From positions 496,001 to 560,000 of the forward strand of contig JAWMAR010000430.1 of the NCBI GenBank assembly GCA_036785375.1: a stretch of DNA of 64,000 nucleotides, written 5' to 3'. Source of the DNA: Leucoraja ocellata. Its lineage: Eukaryota. The position numbers and the translations under genes were made by a program. Shown one piece after another: positions 13,376 to 24,919 of the stretch (position 1 is the first letter of the stretch; every line of letters starts with the position of its first letter). Under the pieces are notes generated by a model, which was given only the letters and a program-made list of their open reading frames with translations, was not told where the DNA came from and searched no databases.

Positions 13376-15034
13376 CATTGCAATAGTACAATTACCTTCC
13401 TGGATATTGACCTTGTAGGATTTTTCTGATAAGCTACATTGGTTATATTTTTCATTGTAGGCTACAAATTAGATGATTTATCTGATTGATATAAATCGGA
13501 TTTGGATTCTAGTCAGTTCCATATTCATCAGCCAAACACATGCACTTGTCATGTGTACATTTACAACTCAAAAAAAGGTCAGGCTTCAAATATTATTTTT
13601 CCAGGTTCTGTACCACCAAATAAAATGTACAAATCCAAAGTGTTAGCAATTCTAATATTGACAAGTTTCAATATTAAATTAATGCGAGTGAAAAATAGAT
13701 TCAGCACATAAAGACATGGCCACAGATATTTTATTGATTAGCTGATTTAACAAAATTGCTGCCATTTATTCATGTTAGGATTGGATGGGATGGTCAATAA
13801 ACATTCACTAATATTGTTATGCAGTTTAATAGATTGCCACAAACACTGCTGTGACCCAGGTCATTCCTTATATTAGTTATCAACAGGTACCTGTTGGTAA
13901 TTCAACTTCCTTCAGAAGCGCAAGGCTGATTGTTAGAGCAAAATGGTGGAAGTGCATCATTCCTTTCTATAAAGTCTATTATTGCTACCTTCTGCGATAA
14001 ATAATAACACTAATTTCTTATGGGCCACTGATACTCAACAGAAGTTGCTCTTACCTTTGCAGAAGTTGGTTTGCACATTGCAGAGTTGCATTCAATATAA
14101 CTTACACAGTGAAACATATAGTTGCCCTGTATAGGCAAAAGAAAATGATACCATCACCGAATACCAAAACACTGAAGCACCTAAAAATGTCATGACCTTG
14201 TGGTTCATGTTTTGTGCATTATTTTATTTATGACAAACTTAAAAATTGAGTTATAAAATTGATTGCAAAGTGCCATTGCTATTTTCTAGTGCATGATATG
14301 AATTTGGTTTAGATGGTTTGCCTACTTTAGAACAATTGGATATTGTTTATTCACATGCAAAGCGCAATTGATGCTTCTACTGTGAAAGCGAAGAACTTTG
14401 TACAATTAACAGTCAATGAGGATGGCAGATCAGAAAGCAGATCTAATCAGCTTGGACATGCCTTTCTTCATTATCATCAATAATGAGAAAAGTCTTGGGA
14501 GGTAATTTGAAGGAGAATTCATCTTACATTATTCAGTAGAGTTGAAGAGAGTATTGATAAGATGGAATAAATTTGTGTCAGCGATAAGTTAGAGGTAGTT
14601 TGTATTACTAACTTGGGAATCATGGCGGTGGTCCCATTTGCCCTTCAAAACAAAGCAGAGTTGGAACAGATGTGCCGAAGTCTCAGTGGACTTGTCAGAT
14701 AAGGCACAGTCCTGGATTGCTCCACGATCCACACGCCTGTCCTGAGATATCTGGGGAACAATGTACCCAGGATATTCACTTTTCGAGGACATTGATGGCA
14801 CAAGAGACTGCCTGTGCTAGAAGCTGTAGTACCAAACAATCTGCTGGATGGAGGAACTCAGTGGGTTGAGCAAATGTGTGTCACCACTTCCCCTCTTTTC
14901 TTTTTAATGACAACCTCCCTTCTGCACTCTCAGTCCTGGTTCAGGGTTTCGAACAGAAACATCGGCCATTCATTTACACCTACAAACGTTGATCGACCCA
15001 TTGAACTCATCCACAGGTTGATTTCAGAATCCAC

Positions 15035-15350
15035 TCCCCATTTTGAAAATCGTCTATGCCTTTATTCATACCATGCATTATGCATGACTGCACACTTTGC
15101 TATGCTGTATTCCATATGAGACTTCTTTGCCCACTCTCCCAACCACTCTGCCACATGTCCTTCTGTAGACTCCCTGCTTCTTCTATGCTCCCCGATCTTC
15201 GTATTTTCTGCAACCTTGGCCACAAAGCCCTCAATTCCATCTTCCAAATCATTGATATACCATGTGAAGCAGGGGACGATACCAACATCGACCCCCTGCA
15301 GAATACCACCAGTCACTGGCAGCCAACCATAAAAAGCCCCCTCTTATTTC
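15035..15350 (-). mobile_element. CR1 RT fragment, decayed
   Basis: Minus-strand translation YINDLEDGIEGFVAKVAENTKIG (the YINDL..KFADDTK region). Confidence 0.85.
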
Positions 15351-16034
15351 AGCAAACTTAGTGACTTTTTAAAACGTAACCAGACAGTGTAAAGAACAGA
15401 ATCATTGCTGTGCAGTGCACTTTTCTGCCTTTCCTTTGAATCTATTCCAGGTCCAAAAAGCATCCTGATTAATTATTGATCACATCAACCTCCAGATTTC
15501 TTAGTTTTGTCCTGTCTTCAATTTTGCATTTCCTCCAGTTTCCTTCCTAAAATATCCAGTCGTGGCTTTTACAGAATCTTCACATGTTGACCTTGTCTTT
15601 GCCTTTCCAAATGGTATTAATTATTAATTCATTGAATAATGTTCAACTATCTCATTGACCAGCTGTTATGAAAATTTGAGGGCTAAGAAGGATGATTTCA
15701 ATTTGTCCTTTTGAATTTGAGATCAATTGGATTGATCTAACAAAGATCAGGGACCTATTCTAATTTATTCTGAAAATTGGTGCTGGAATGTGTAACTAGA
15801 TAAGTATAGAGAGGTGTGAATGGTAAGATTTAAAAGTCTGGGGTAAGATATAAAAACCACAACACAAGCTAGCAATAACAAGTATCAATCATGCTGTAAT
15901 CAGAACATTAACATTAATGCAACTTCCAAAAATACTTGCTCAAATTACTTCTCATTTATTCACATCTTGGCAATGCATTTTTTAATATTATTTGAATGAT
16001 ATAGCATTAAGCAGGCCTTTGGCCCACCAGATGA

Positions 16035-16129
16035 TAGACACAAAGTGCTGGAGTATCTCAGCGGGTTAGGCAGCATCTCTGAAGAAAAAGGATAGGTGAC
16101 GTTTCAAGTTGGAACTCTTCTTCAGACCC
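16035..16129 (-). mobile_element. Penelope-like terminal fragment inserted in a SINE
   Basis: agacacaaagtgctggagtatctcagcgggttaggcagcatctctg...ggtgacgtttc...ttcttcagaccc. Confidence 0.8.
16094..16129 (-). ncRNA. Putative minimal type I hammerhead ribozyme
   Basis: RNA sense GGGU-CUGAAGA-A-GAGU(UCCA)ACUU-GAAAC-GUC-ACCU: conserved core, helix I GGGU/ACCU, helix II, palindromic ACGU helix III. Confidence 0.6.
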
Positions 16130-16400
16130 TTCGATCTACCGAGACCACACCAACCATGATCACCCTATTCACACTAGTTCTATGTTATCCCATTTTCGCA
16201 CCCACTCCTTACACATTACAGGTATTTTCAGAAGCCAATTAGCCTAAAAGCCTGCACGTCTTTGGGATGCGGGAGGAAACTGGAACAGCTCGAGGAGACC
16301 TAGGTGGTCACAGGGAAAACGTGCAAACTCAATAGAGACAGCACCTGAGGCCAGAATCGGACCCCAGTCTCTGGCATTGTGAGGCAGTAGCTCCACCCTC
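16130..16400 (-). mobile_element. HE1/V-SINE-like SINE
   Basis: Minus strand gagtttgcacgttttccctgtgacc...agtttcctcccgcatcccaaagacgtgcagg core. Confidence 0.8.
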
Positions 16401-17248
16401 CTTTCTTCCCTTTTGTTGTCTTCGCTACAGCAGACCAAATCGATGCAGTATCACCTACAGCAGACGATGTCTGGGACTTCCCATCCACATTCTCCTCTGC
16501 AATTTACCTGCATAAACGCTGAAGCTCTTACTTCAATGCCAGGTACCTTCTGCAGATAGGGAAGACCAACTGGAAGGTCAATACTGGGGAAAGGCTGGAG
16601 AAGGAGATAATTGCTGAGGATGTGGAAGGAAAGGATAATGGTGATTAGAAAGATGAAGTCAATGATTACTGAAGTAGTCAATATGGCAGATCAGTTGTGA
16701 TCGTAACCAATATAAGAGGAGATTGCTATGAGAGAGAATTCAATTAGGCAGAGGTGTCTCTGTTGCAAGGGTCAGACTGGGCAAAATTTGAATCTTGTGA
16801 TCACTCCACTTCCTGCTTCAGTTGCATGCAAAATACCGTTGACCCAAAATTTGCGGAGAATTGTCAGCAGTTTCTGCATGGCAGCCAATAATTTCTCATG
16901 TAGGGGACGGCAACTTAGGAATACCTGCGGGAATGCAGAGGTCCTTATGTTACTCATAATTGCTTGCAGAATGATTTCCGAATCGGACTGTGCACTGATG
17001 GGTAGAGCACAAGGTTGCAACCAATGCAGAACAGTTGCCCTGGGAAATCAGCCCTAACAATATATGTCATGTTTTACTTCGGAGTCACGTGAGTGACTAC
17101 GTGAAGAACCCACCCAGCGCGCAGGTGCGGCATTACGTCAGCAGTGCAACAGCGGCAGCAGCTGGAGCCAGGCTCTCCAGCTGCAGCATAAAGACAAGAC
17201 CTCAGGTAAGTGCCTTTTTTGTGTTACAGAGTCGCTCCAGGGAGAATT

Positions 17249-18466
17249 ATGGCCTCTCGAAAGCGACCAGCCAGGAGGACTGCCTGCCCAACTCCACCCG
17301 AGGAGGGGTCCATAGCTGGGCGGCAGCCTCTCGCAGCGGAGGAGCCTTTTCAACGCTCCCACTCACCCGACACCGAGCCGCCCCCAGTGCTGCAGATATC
17401 GACGCCCCGCACAGGGAGGAAAGCTACTCATAAGACCGACCGGCCGGTGTCCTCCGATTCATCGGAGGAACGGGAACGCTCTCCACCACCGAAAAGGGGA
17501 GACGCTCGGATCAGCTGCATGAGGCAGCTCCTAGAGCGCATGATTGATGAGGAGATGCAGGCTAGGCATCTCCCAGGAGGACGGGCTTTGGCCTCCTCCT
17601 CTCCACACCCTTCTGTACCCTCTATGTTCGAGGGCAGTAAGGGAGGCCAGGACTGGGCTGGCCTATCCCAAGGGCAGGCGGAGGATACCATCAGCATGCC
17701 GGGCGTGCTAGAAGAAGAGCTACTGGGTGTAGTGGGCCGATACGCAGCGCCCCCAACGACTGGGATGGTATTGCCACCCAGAATGGCGGCCAGCATAAAC
17801 AGGCTGTCCAACAACCCGCTGCAGGACAAGGCCGTCCAGCAGGCCCTTGACACGTACAGAGCGCCAGAGAATTGCGAGGCGCTGAGGGTCAAAACGGTCA
17901 ATGGGCAGATATGGAACCAGCTGGGGCAGCAGATCAGGGCTCACGAAGTTAAGATGCAGCGAGTCCTGAAGCTCCACTCAGCAGCCATCACCGCCTTTGC
18001 TCGGTCCGTTGGGAATGAAGACCTAACCATACCCCAGCAGGATGCTCTCGCACTGATGTGCAGCACCACCTATGAGCTCAATAGCCTACGGCGGGACAAC
18101 ATCAGGCCTGCCCTCAACCCAACATATGCCGGCCTCTGCAAAGCTCCAGCGCCCGAACGAGAGGCGCTGCTATTTGGTGCAGATCTGGCCAAGAAACTGA
18201 AGGAGTTGGAAGAGGCGGCCAAACCAGTAGGCCTCATGAGGGCAGGGCCAGGACCGAGCAGGGTGAAGACACCCAGTTGGCAGCACGCCTCAGCAGCCAC
18301 CAGCAGGTACCGAGCTGGTGAAAGCCTGGTGACCGCCTCCCACTACCCCCAGAGCTCTTTTTTAGAGCGGGGCCCAGGGCGGAGCCGTGGGAAGATGCGC
18401 CGCCCCACCGCAGCACCAACACGGACAACCTTGGGCCAAACCTACCGAAAACGGCCCCACAAATAA
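17249..18466 (+). CDS. DIRS ORF1 gag-like protein
   Basis: Uninterrupted ORF of about 405 aa from the first ATG (MASRKR...); PENC..L.V, PALN..Y..LC and LFG.DL motifs; first ORF position in the element. Confidence 0.82.
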   Translation: MASRKRPARRTACPTPPEEGSIAGRQPLAAEEPFQRSHSPDTEPPPVLQISTPRTGRKATHKTDRPVSSDSSEERERSPPPKRGDARISCMRQLLERMIDEEMQARHLPGGRALASSSPHPSVPSMFEGSKGGQDWAGLSQGQAEDTISMPGVLEEELLGVVGRYAAPPTTGMVLPPRMAASINRLSNNPLQDKAVQQALDTYRAPENCEALRVKTVNGQIWNQLGQQIRAHEVKMQRVLKLHSAAITAFARSVGNEDLTIPQQDALALMCSTTYELNSLRRDNIRPALNPTYAGLCKAPAPEREALLFGADLAKKLKELEEAAKPVGLMRAGPGPSRVKTPSWQHASAATSRYRAGESLVTASHYPQSSFLERGPGRSRGKMRRPTAAPTRTTLGQTYRKRPHK

Positions 18467-18468
18467 AC

Positions 18469-20336
18469 ATGGAGGTAGGTGGGTCTGGTTCCTGTCAACA
18501 TACACAGACAAAGGGTGTTGTATTAACAGGAGGACGTTTGAGGTTCTTCAAGCATGTTTGGTGCTCCCTTACTAACAATAAGTTTATACTCAACAGTATT
18601 AGTGGATACAAAATTGAATTCAAACCAGGCATAGAACCGCCAGTTCAGCACATGCCCCAAAGGGTATTCCTTCCCTCAGCAGTTGAGAAGGTAGAAGGAC
18701 AAGCTGAACTTGATCGGCTCGTGGCTAAAGGCATCATAGAAATGACCACACACGAGCCGCAAGAATTTGTATCAAATATTTTTCTCAAATCCAAAAAAGA
18801 TGGTGGATGTCGCATTATTATTGATCTGACGTCACTTAATCAGTCTGTTGAGTATCAACATTTCAAAATGGAGACATTTGTCACTGCCAGACAACTGATC
18901 TCCAAGGGATACTACATGGCAAGCATAGATATCAAAGATGCTTACTATTTGGTGCCTTGCCCAATGGTTTAACGACAGCTCCCAGATTATTTACAAAAAT
19001 TCTCAAAGTGGCCATGAAAAAATTGAGAGAACTAAAACATTTAGTCGTGGCCTATCTGGACGATGTTCTCATATTAGGGAGAACAAGGGAACAAGCTGTT
19101 GCAGGAGTTTTAGCCACTAAACAACTCCTTGAAACTTTGGGATTCATCCTTCACCCAGATAAATCAATATTGGAGCCTACTACTAACATGGATTAACTAG
19201 GCTTCACTATTGACACTATTCATATGACTGTCACTCTGCCCAGAGACAAAAAAGTTTCACTCATTGAAGCTTGTAACCATTTAATTGCTACACCGCAACC
19301 TAGGATACGGCATGTAGCCAGAGTTATTGGCTCTATAGTAGCAGCATTCCCGGCTGCCCAACATGGGCCCTTGCATTATCAAAATTTACAAAGAGCAAGG
19401 ACTCATGCATTACGTCTTAATAGGGGGCATTATGACCGCAAAATGGAATTACCCACTGAAGCCAAATCAGAACTTCAGTGGTGGGTTGATAATATTTGGC
19501 ACAGTCACAGTCCTATCGCCGTAACCAATCCTAACATAACCATTACAACGGATGCCAGTGCTTTAGGCTGGGGAGCTACTAACTCCATAGACAGCACGGG
19601 TGGCAGATGGACTAACTCAGAGGCATCGCTACTACAATCACTGGGCATTAACTTCTTGGAAATGCTCGCCGCCTTTTATGGGCTAAAAGCATATGCATCT
19701 GATATGCGGCATGTGCATGTTAGGATTATGATCGACAACACTACGGCGGTATCTTATATCCAGCACATGGGTGGCATAAAATCAGTATCATGCGACAAAT
19801 TAACTGCTATAATCTGGCAATGGTGTGTCGAGAGACATATTTGGCTATCAGCTGCCTATTTACCAGGCAAGCTAAATTTAGTGGCGGACACCAGGTCACG
19901 AAAATTCAATGACAACATCGAATGGATGTTGGACCCAAAATTATTTGCTAAAATTGTCAAGCAATATGGTACGCCAGATATAGATTTGTTTGCGTCTAGA
20001 TTAAATCACCAACTACCCATGTATGTGGCTTGGGAACCAGACCCAGAGGCAGCAGCGGTAGATGCCTTCACGCTGGATTGGGGAAATTTCTTTTTCTATG
20101 CTTTCCCTCCCTTCTGCCTCATCAGTCGGGTACTCCAGAAAATTCAGGCAGACTCAGCCTCTGGCATTCTGGTCGTGCCCGACTGGCCTACCCAACCATG
20201 GTTCCCAATGTTCCACGACATGGTGGTAGAGACACCTATGGTCCTTCATAACCACCCCCAATTATTGACTCACCCGGTAACTGGCATTAGCCATCCATGC
20301 CACCAAAAATTGAACCTCCTGGTTTCCAGATTTTGA
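18469..20336 (+). pseudogene. DIRS pol (RT + RNase H + N6-adenine methyltransferase-like), disrupted
   Basis: RT motifs KKDGGCRIIIDL, IDIKDAYY, PNGL..APR.FTK, YLDD; RNase H TDAS, INFLE, IDNT, NLVAD; MT DLFAS and YAFPPF. Frameshifting deletion near 18956 and a stop at 19194-19196. Confidence 0.93.
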
Positions 20337-21307
20337 ACAGACCTTACCGGGGATTGGGGTTATCAAAGAGAACAATCACCACCATGTCGGCATCCCTGCG
20401 AGTTTCCACCAAAAAACAGTACCTGACCTACATCAGGAAATGGGAACAGTACTGTCTGGAAGCAGGGACATCCTACAAGACGGCTTCGATCTCGGATGTG
20501 CTGGAGTTCCTGGCCCACCTGCACCATGACCTCAAGATGAGCTACAGTGCCATCAATACAGCTCGGAGCGCCCTGTCCGCATACCTCATGCCCATAGGAC
20601 AGCATAGTGTGGGATCCCACCCTCTGGTCATCAAACTCCTTAAAGGGATCTTTAACACCAAACCCCCTACACCTAGATACACCCATATGTGGGATGTGAG
20701 TGTAGTTCTGACACACCTTCGAGGTTGGCCTCCGGTGGGATCCCTGAGCCTGGAACAGTCCACTTATAAGACCCTCATGCTCATGGCGCTTGTCTCAGCT
20801 CAGAGGGTTCAGTCGCTGCATCAGCTAAATCTGAACCACATGGTGACCACCCCAGATACCATTACTTTCACCATGCCGGGGTTGGTAAAACAAAGCAGAC
20901 CAGGTACATCCAACTCCCCGTTGATCTTCCGGGCATACCCTCCAGAACCTAGGCTGTGTGTGGTGACCCACCTTCATCATTATTTAGACACTACCCAAAC
21001 TCTTAGAGGGAGAGAAAAAGCCTTATGGGTTAGCCACAAAAAGCCTTTTGGACGGGTTACCAGCCAGACTTTATCCAGATGGTTGAAACAGGTCCTCAAC
21101 ATGGCAGGGATTAACACAGATGTTTTTAAATCCCATTCAACCAGGGCAGCGTCCACCTCAGCGCCGGATAGGATGCAGGTTCCCCTACACCACATCCTCA
21201 GAGCAGCGGGATGGTCAAGGGAATCGACATTCCAAAAATTCTACAGGAAACCGCTGATGGAACAGGACGTCTTTGCGGAAAGCATTTTAGAAACCGCAAA
21301 GTTATGA
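20297..21307 (+). CDS. DIRS tyrosine recombinase
   Basis: 336-aa open frame with SAQR (Arg), HSTR, AGW and TFQKFY (Tyr); overlaps the end of pol; true start may be ATG 20384 (ccaccATG). Confidence 0.93.
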   Translation: MPPKIEPPGFQILNRPYRGLGLSKRTITTMSASLRVSTKKQYLTYIRKWEQYCLEAGTSYKTASISDVLEFLAHLHHDLKMSYSAINTARSALSAYLMPIGQHSVGSHPLVIKLLKGIFNTKPPTPRYTHMWDVSVVLTHLRGWPPVGSLSLEQSTYKTLMLMALVSAQRVQSLHQLNLNHMVTTPDTITFTMPGLVKQSRPGTSNSPLIFRAYPPEPRLCVVTHLHHYLDTTQTLRGREKALWVSHKKPFGRVTSQTLSRWLKQVLNMAGINTDVFKSHSTRAASTSAPDRMQVPLHHILRAAGWSRESTFQKFYRKPLMEQDVFAESILETAKL

Positions 21308-21465
21308 TTTAAAAGCCCAGGGGAGCTATTTTTGTTGTAGTTAATAAACATTTCTTTTATAACTAAACAAACTTGTTGGTCTTTAGATACCACTTCCTCC
21401 CTCGATGATCTTTCGGCAGTGAGTGATATAACTGTTACACGGTTTGAAATCACAGACCTTTGAAG

Positions 21466-21578
21466 TCTTCACGTAGTCACTCACGTGACTCCGAAGTAAA
21501 ATAGTAAGATTAAACGAGTACTTACCAGTACGAAGTTTGATCTGTATTTTATGAGGAGTTACGATGAGGGATTACGTG
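21466..21578. repeat. DIRS internal complementary region (ICR)
   Basis: 21466-21501 is the exact reverse complement of 17072-17107; 21501-21578 is the exact reverse complement of 21723-21800. Confidence 0.96.
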
Positions 21579-22142
21579 CCCTCCGCTCCCACCCTCATTA
21601 TATAGATCAAATTCGGACTGATGTCTCGTTGGTCTTTACTATCTTTACTTCAACTAGTGTCTATCTGTGATTCCACACCGCTGCTTGGAAGTAGGCCGCG
21701 CCTGCGCGCTGGGTGGGTTCTTCACGTAATCCCTCATCGTAACTCCTCATAAAATACAGATCAAACTTCGTACTGGTAAGTACTCGTTTAATCTTACTAT
21801 TAAAACAAGTGTGGACACCATGCTAACCTTCATAAGAACAGAGAGGTATAGCTGTGGGGGATAAAGTTAACAATCAGCAAATTTACATTTTCTAACCTCA
21901 TTTTAATTTATTTAAAATACATGAGTATTTATTACATATTTAAGTGTACTGTTTTTCAAGTTTACAATTATGTAGTTAATTATAATTGGTTTAACAATTT
22001 GAATATCCTTTATCATTGGAAGAGATACTTAGATGCCAGTAAAGTTTTGACAGCCAGCTACACTGGACCAGCTATCTCCTGTTTTCGGTTGTTCAGTGGA
22101 TGGGGCTTATGTTGACTTCTCCTCCCATATGTTGAGCACTAA

Positions 22143-24603
22143 TAGAAACATAGAAACATAGAAATTAGGTGCAGGAGTAGGCCATTCGGCCCTTCGAGCC
22201 TGCACCACCATTCAATATGATCATGGCTGATCATCCAACTCAGTATCCCGTACCTGCCTTCTCTCCATACCCTCTGATCCCCTTGGCCACAAGGGCCACA
22301 TCTAACTCCCTCTTAAATATAGCCAATTAACTGGCCTCAACTACCCTCTGTGGCAGAGAGTTCCAGAGATTCACCACTCTCTGTGTGAAAAAAGTTCTTC
22401 TCATCTCGGTTTTAAAGGATTTCCCCCTTATCCTTAAGCTGTGACCCCTTGTCCTGGACTTCCCCAACATCGGGAACAATCTTCCTGCATCTAGCCTGTC
22501 CAACCCCTTAAGAATTTTGTAAGTTTCTATAAGATCCCCTCTCAATCTCCTAAATTCTAGAGAGTATAAACCAAGTCTATCCAGTCTTTCTTCATAAGAC
22601 AGTCCTGACATCCCAGGAATCAGTCTGGTGAACCTTCTCTGCACTCCCTCTATGGCAATAATGTCCTTCCTCAGATTTGGAGACCAAAACTGTACGCAAT
22701 ACTCCAGGTGTGGTCTCACCAAGACCCTGTACAACTGCAGTAGAACCTCCCTGCTCCTATACTCAAATCCTCTTGCTATGAAAGCCAACATACCATTCGC
22801 TTTATTTACTGCCTGCTGCACCTGCATGCCTACCTTCAATGACTGGTGTACCATGACACCCAGGTCTCGCTGCATCTCTCCCTTTCCCAATCGGCCAACA
22901 TTTAGATAATAGTCTGCTTTCCCGTTTTTGCCACCAAAATGGATAACCTTACTTTTATTCACATTATACTGCATCTGCCAAACATTTGCCCACTCACCCA
23001 GCCTATCCAAGTTACCTTGCAGTCTCCTAGCATCCTCCTCACAGCTAACACTGCCCCCCAGCTTAGTGTCATCCGCAAACTTGGAGATATTGCCTTCAAT
23101 TCCCTCATCCAGATCATTAATATATATTGTAAATAGCTGGGGTCCAAGTACTGAGCCTTGCGGTACCCCACTAGTCACTGCCTGCCATTGTGAAAAGGAC
23201 CCGTTTACTGCTACTCTTTGCTTCCTGTTTGCCAGCCAGTTCTCTATCCACATCAATACTGAACCCCCAATGCCGTGTGCTTTAAGCTTGTATACTAATC
23301 TCTTATGTGGGACCTTGTCGAAAGCCTTCTGGAAGTCCAGATACACCACATCCACTGGTTCTCCCCTATCCACGCTACTAATTACATCCTCAAAAAATTC
23401 TATAAGATTCGTCAGACATGATTTACCTTTCGTAAATCCATGCTGACTTTGTCCAATGATTTCACCACTTTCCAAATGTGCTGCTATCCCAACTTTAATA
23501 ACTGACTCTAGCAGTTTCCCCACTACCGATGTTAGACTAACTGGTCTGTAATTCCCCGTTTTCTCTCTCCCTCCCTTCTTAAAAAGTGGGGTTACGTTTG
23601 CTACCCGCCAATCCTCTGGAACTACTCCAGAATCTAAAGAGTTTTGAAAGATTATTACTAATGCATCCACTATTTCTGGAGCTACTTCCTTAAGTACTCT
23701 GGGATGCAGCCTATCTGGCCCTGGGGATTTATCGGCCTTTAATCCATTCAATTTACCCAACACCACTTCCCGACTAACCTGGATTTCACTCAATTCCCCC
23801 AACTCCTTTGACCCGCGGGCCCCTGCTATTTCCGGCAGATTATTTATGTCTTCCTTAGTGAAGACGGAACCAAAGTAGTTATTCAATTGGTCCGCCATAT
23901 CCTGGTTCCCCATGATCAACTCACCTGTTTCTGACTGCAAGGGACCTACATTTGTTTTAACTAATCTCTTTCTTTTCACATATCTATAAAAACATTTGCA
24001 GTCAGTTTTTATGTTCCCTGCCAGTTTTCTTTCATAATCCATTTTTCCTTTCCTAATTAAGCCCTTCGTCCTCCTCTGCTGGTCTCTGAATTTCTCCCAG
24101 TCCTCCGGTATGCAGCTTTTTCTGGCTAGTTTGTACGCATCATCCTTTGCTTTGATACTATCCCTGATTTCCCTTGTTATCCACGGATGCACTACCTTCC
24201 CTGATTTATTCTTTTGCCAAACTGGGATGAACAATTTTTGTAGTTCATCCATGCAGTCTTTAAATGCCTTCCATTGCATATCCACCGTCAACCCTTTTAG
24301 AATTAATTGCCAGTCAATCTTGGCCAATTCACGTCTCATACCCTCAAAGTTACCTTTCTTTAAGTTCAAAACCATTGTTTCTGAATTAACAATGTCACTC
24401 TCCATCCTAATGAAGAACTCAACCATATTATGGTCACTCTTGCCCAAGGGGCCACGCACAACAAGACTACTAACTAACCCTTCCTCATTACTCATTACCC
24501 AGTCTAAAATAGCCAGCTCTCTCGTTGGTTCCTCTACATGTTGATTTAGATAACTATCCCGCATACATTCCAAGAAATCCTCTTCCTCAGCACCCCTGCC
24601 AAT
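22143..24603 (-). mobile_element. 5'-truncated CR1 LINE, young, about 2.46 kb
   Basis: Long open ORF2 with NYRPVSLTS, DFQKAFDKV, GVPQGSVLGP and FADD; (catagaaa)n tail on the plus strand; premature stop at 22327-22329 about 30 codons before the normal end. Confidence 0.97.
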
Positions 24604-24919
24604 GTTAACAAGGCCTTGCCACTGAGGTTTGGGTTGAATTTGAAGCACAACTACTCTGCATATTTTTAATGTCCAAATGTGCATAAGAAAGCTTGTAAAC
24701 CTTATAGAATTTGGCAATCTGGAGGATAATTTTAGATTCATGATGGTGCACAGGGCAGATGCAAGGCAGTTAGCTTTCAATAGGAAGAGGTTTACACTGA
24801 TGAAATGTGATATGACAGATGAAGAGCTATACTACGAATAGCATGACAAAGCTGAGGAGAGAGACATTCACAATGCTTAAGGCAAATGCTAGCTAAAACA
24901 TTTATGGGTTACTTGGGTT

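Larger units (their letters stand above)
17072..21801 (+). mobile_element. Full-length DIRS1-like tyrosine-recombinase retrotransposon
   Basis: gag, RT/RNaseH/MT and YR ORFs; inverted repeat 17098-17131 vs 21695-21728 (one mismatch); ICR 21466-21578 complementary to both termini; no TSD. Confidence 0.97.

Noticed and set aside
17428-21195. Antisense ORFs within the DIRS element, and antisense ORFs over CR1/Rex copies
   Set aside because: Shadow frames of real coding sequence with no recognisable motifs
24604-24780. N-terminal extension of the 817-aa ORF (MKANCLAS...)
   Set aside because: Read-through into flanking DNA beyond the CR1 5' truncation; not part of the element
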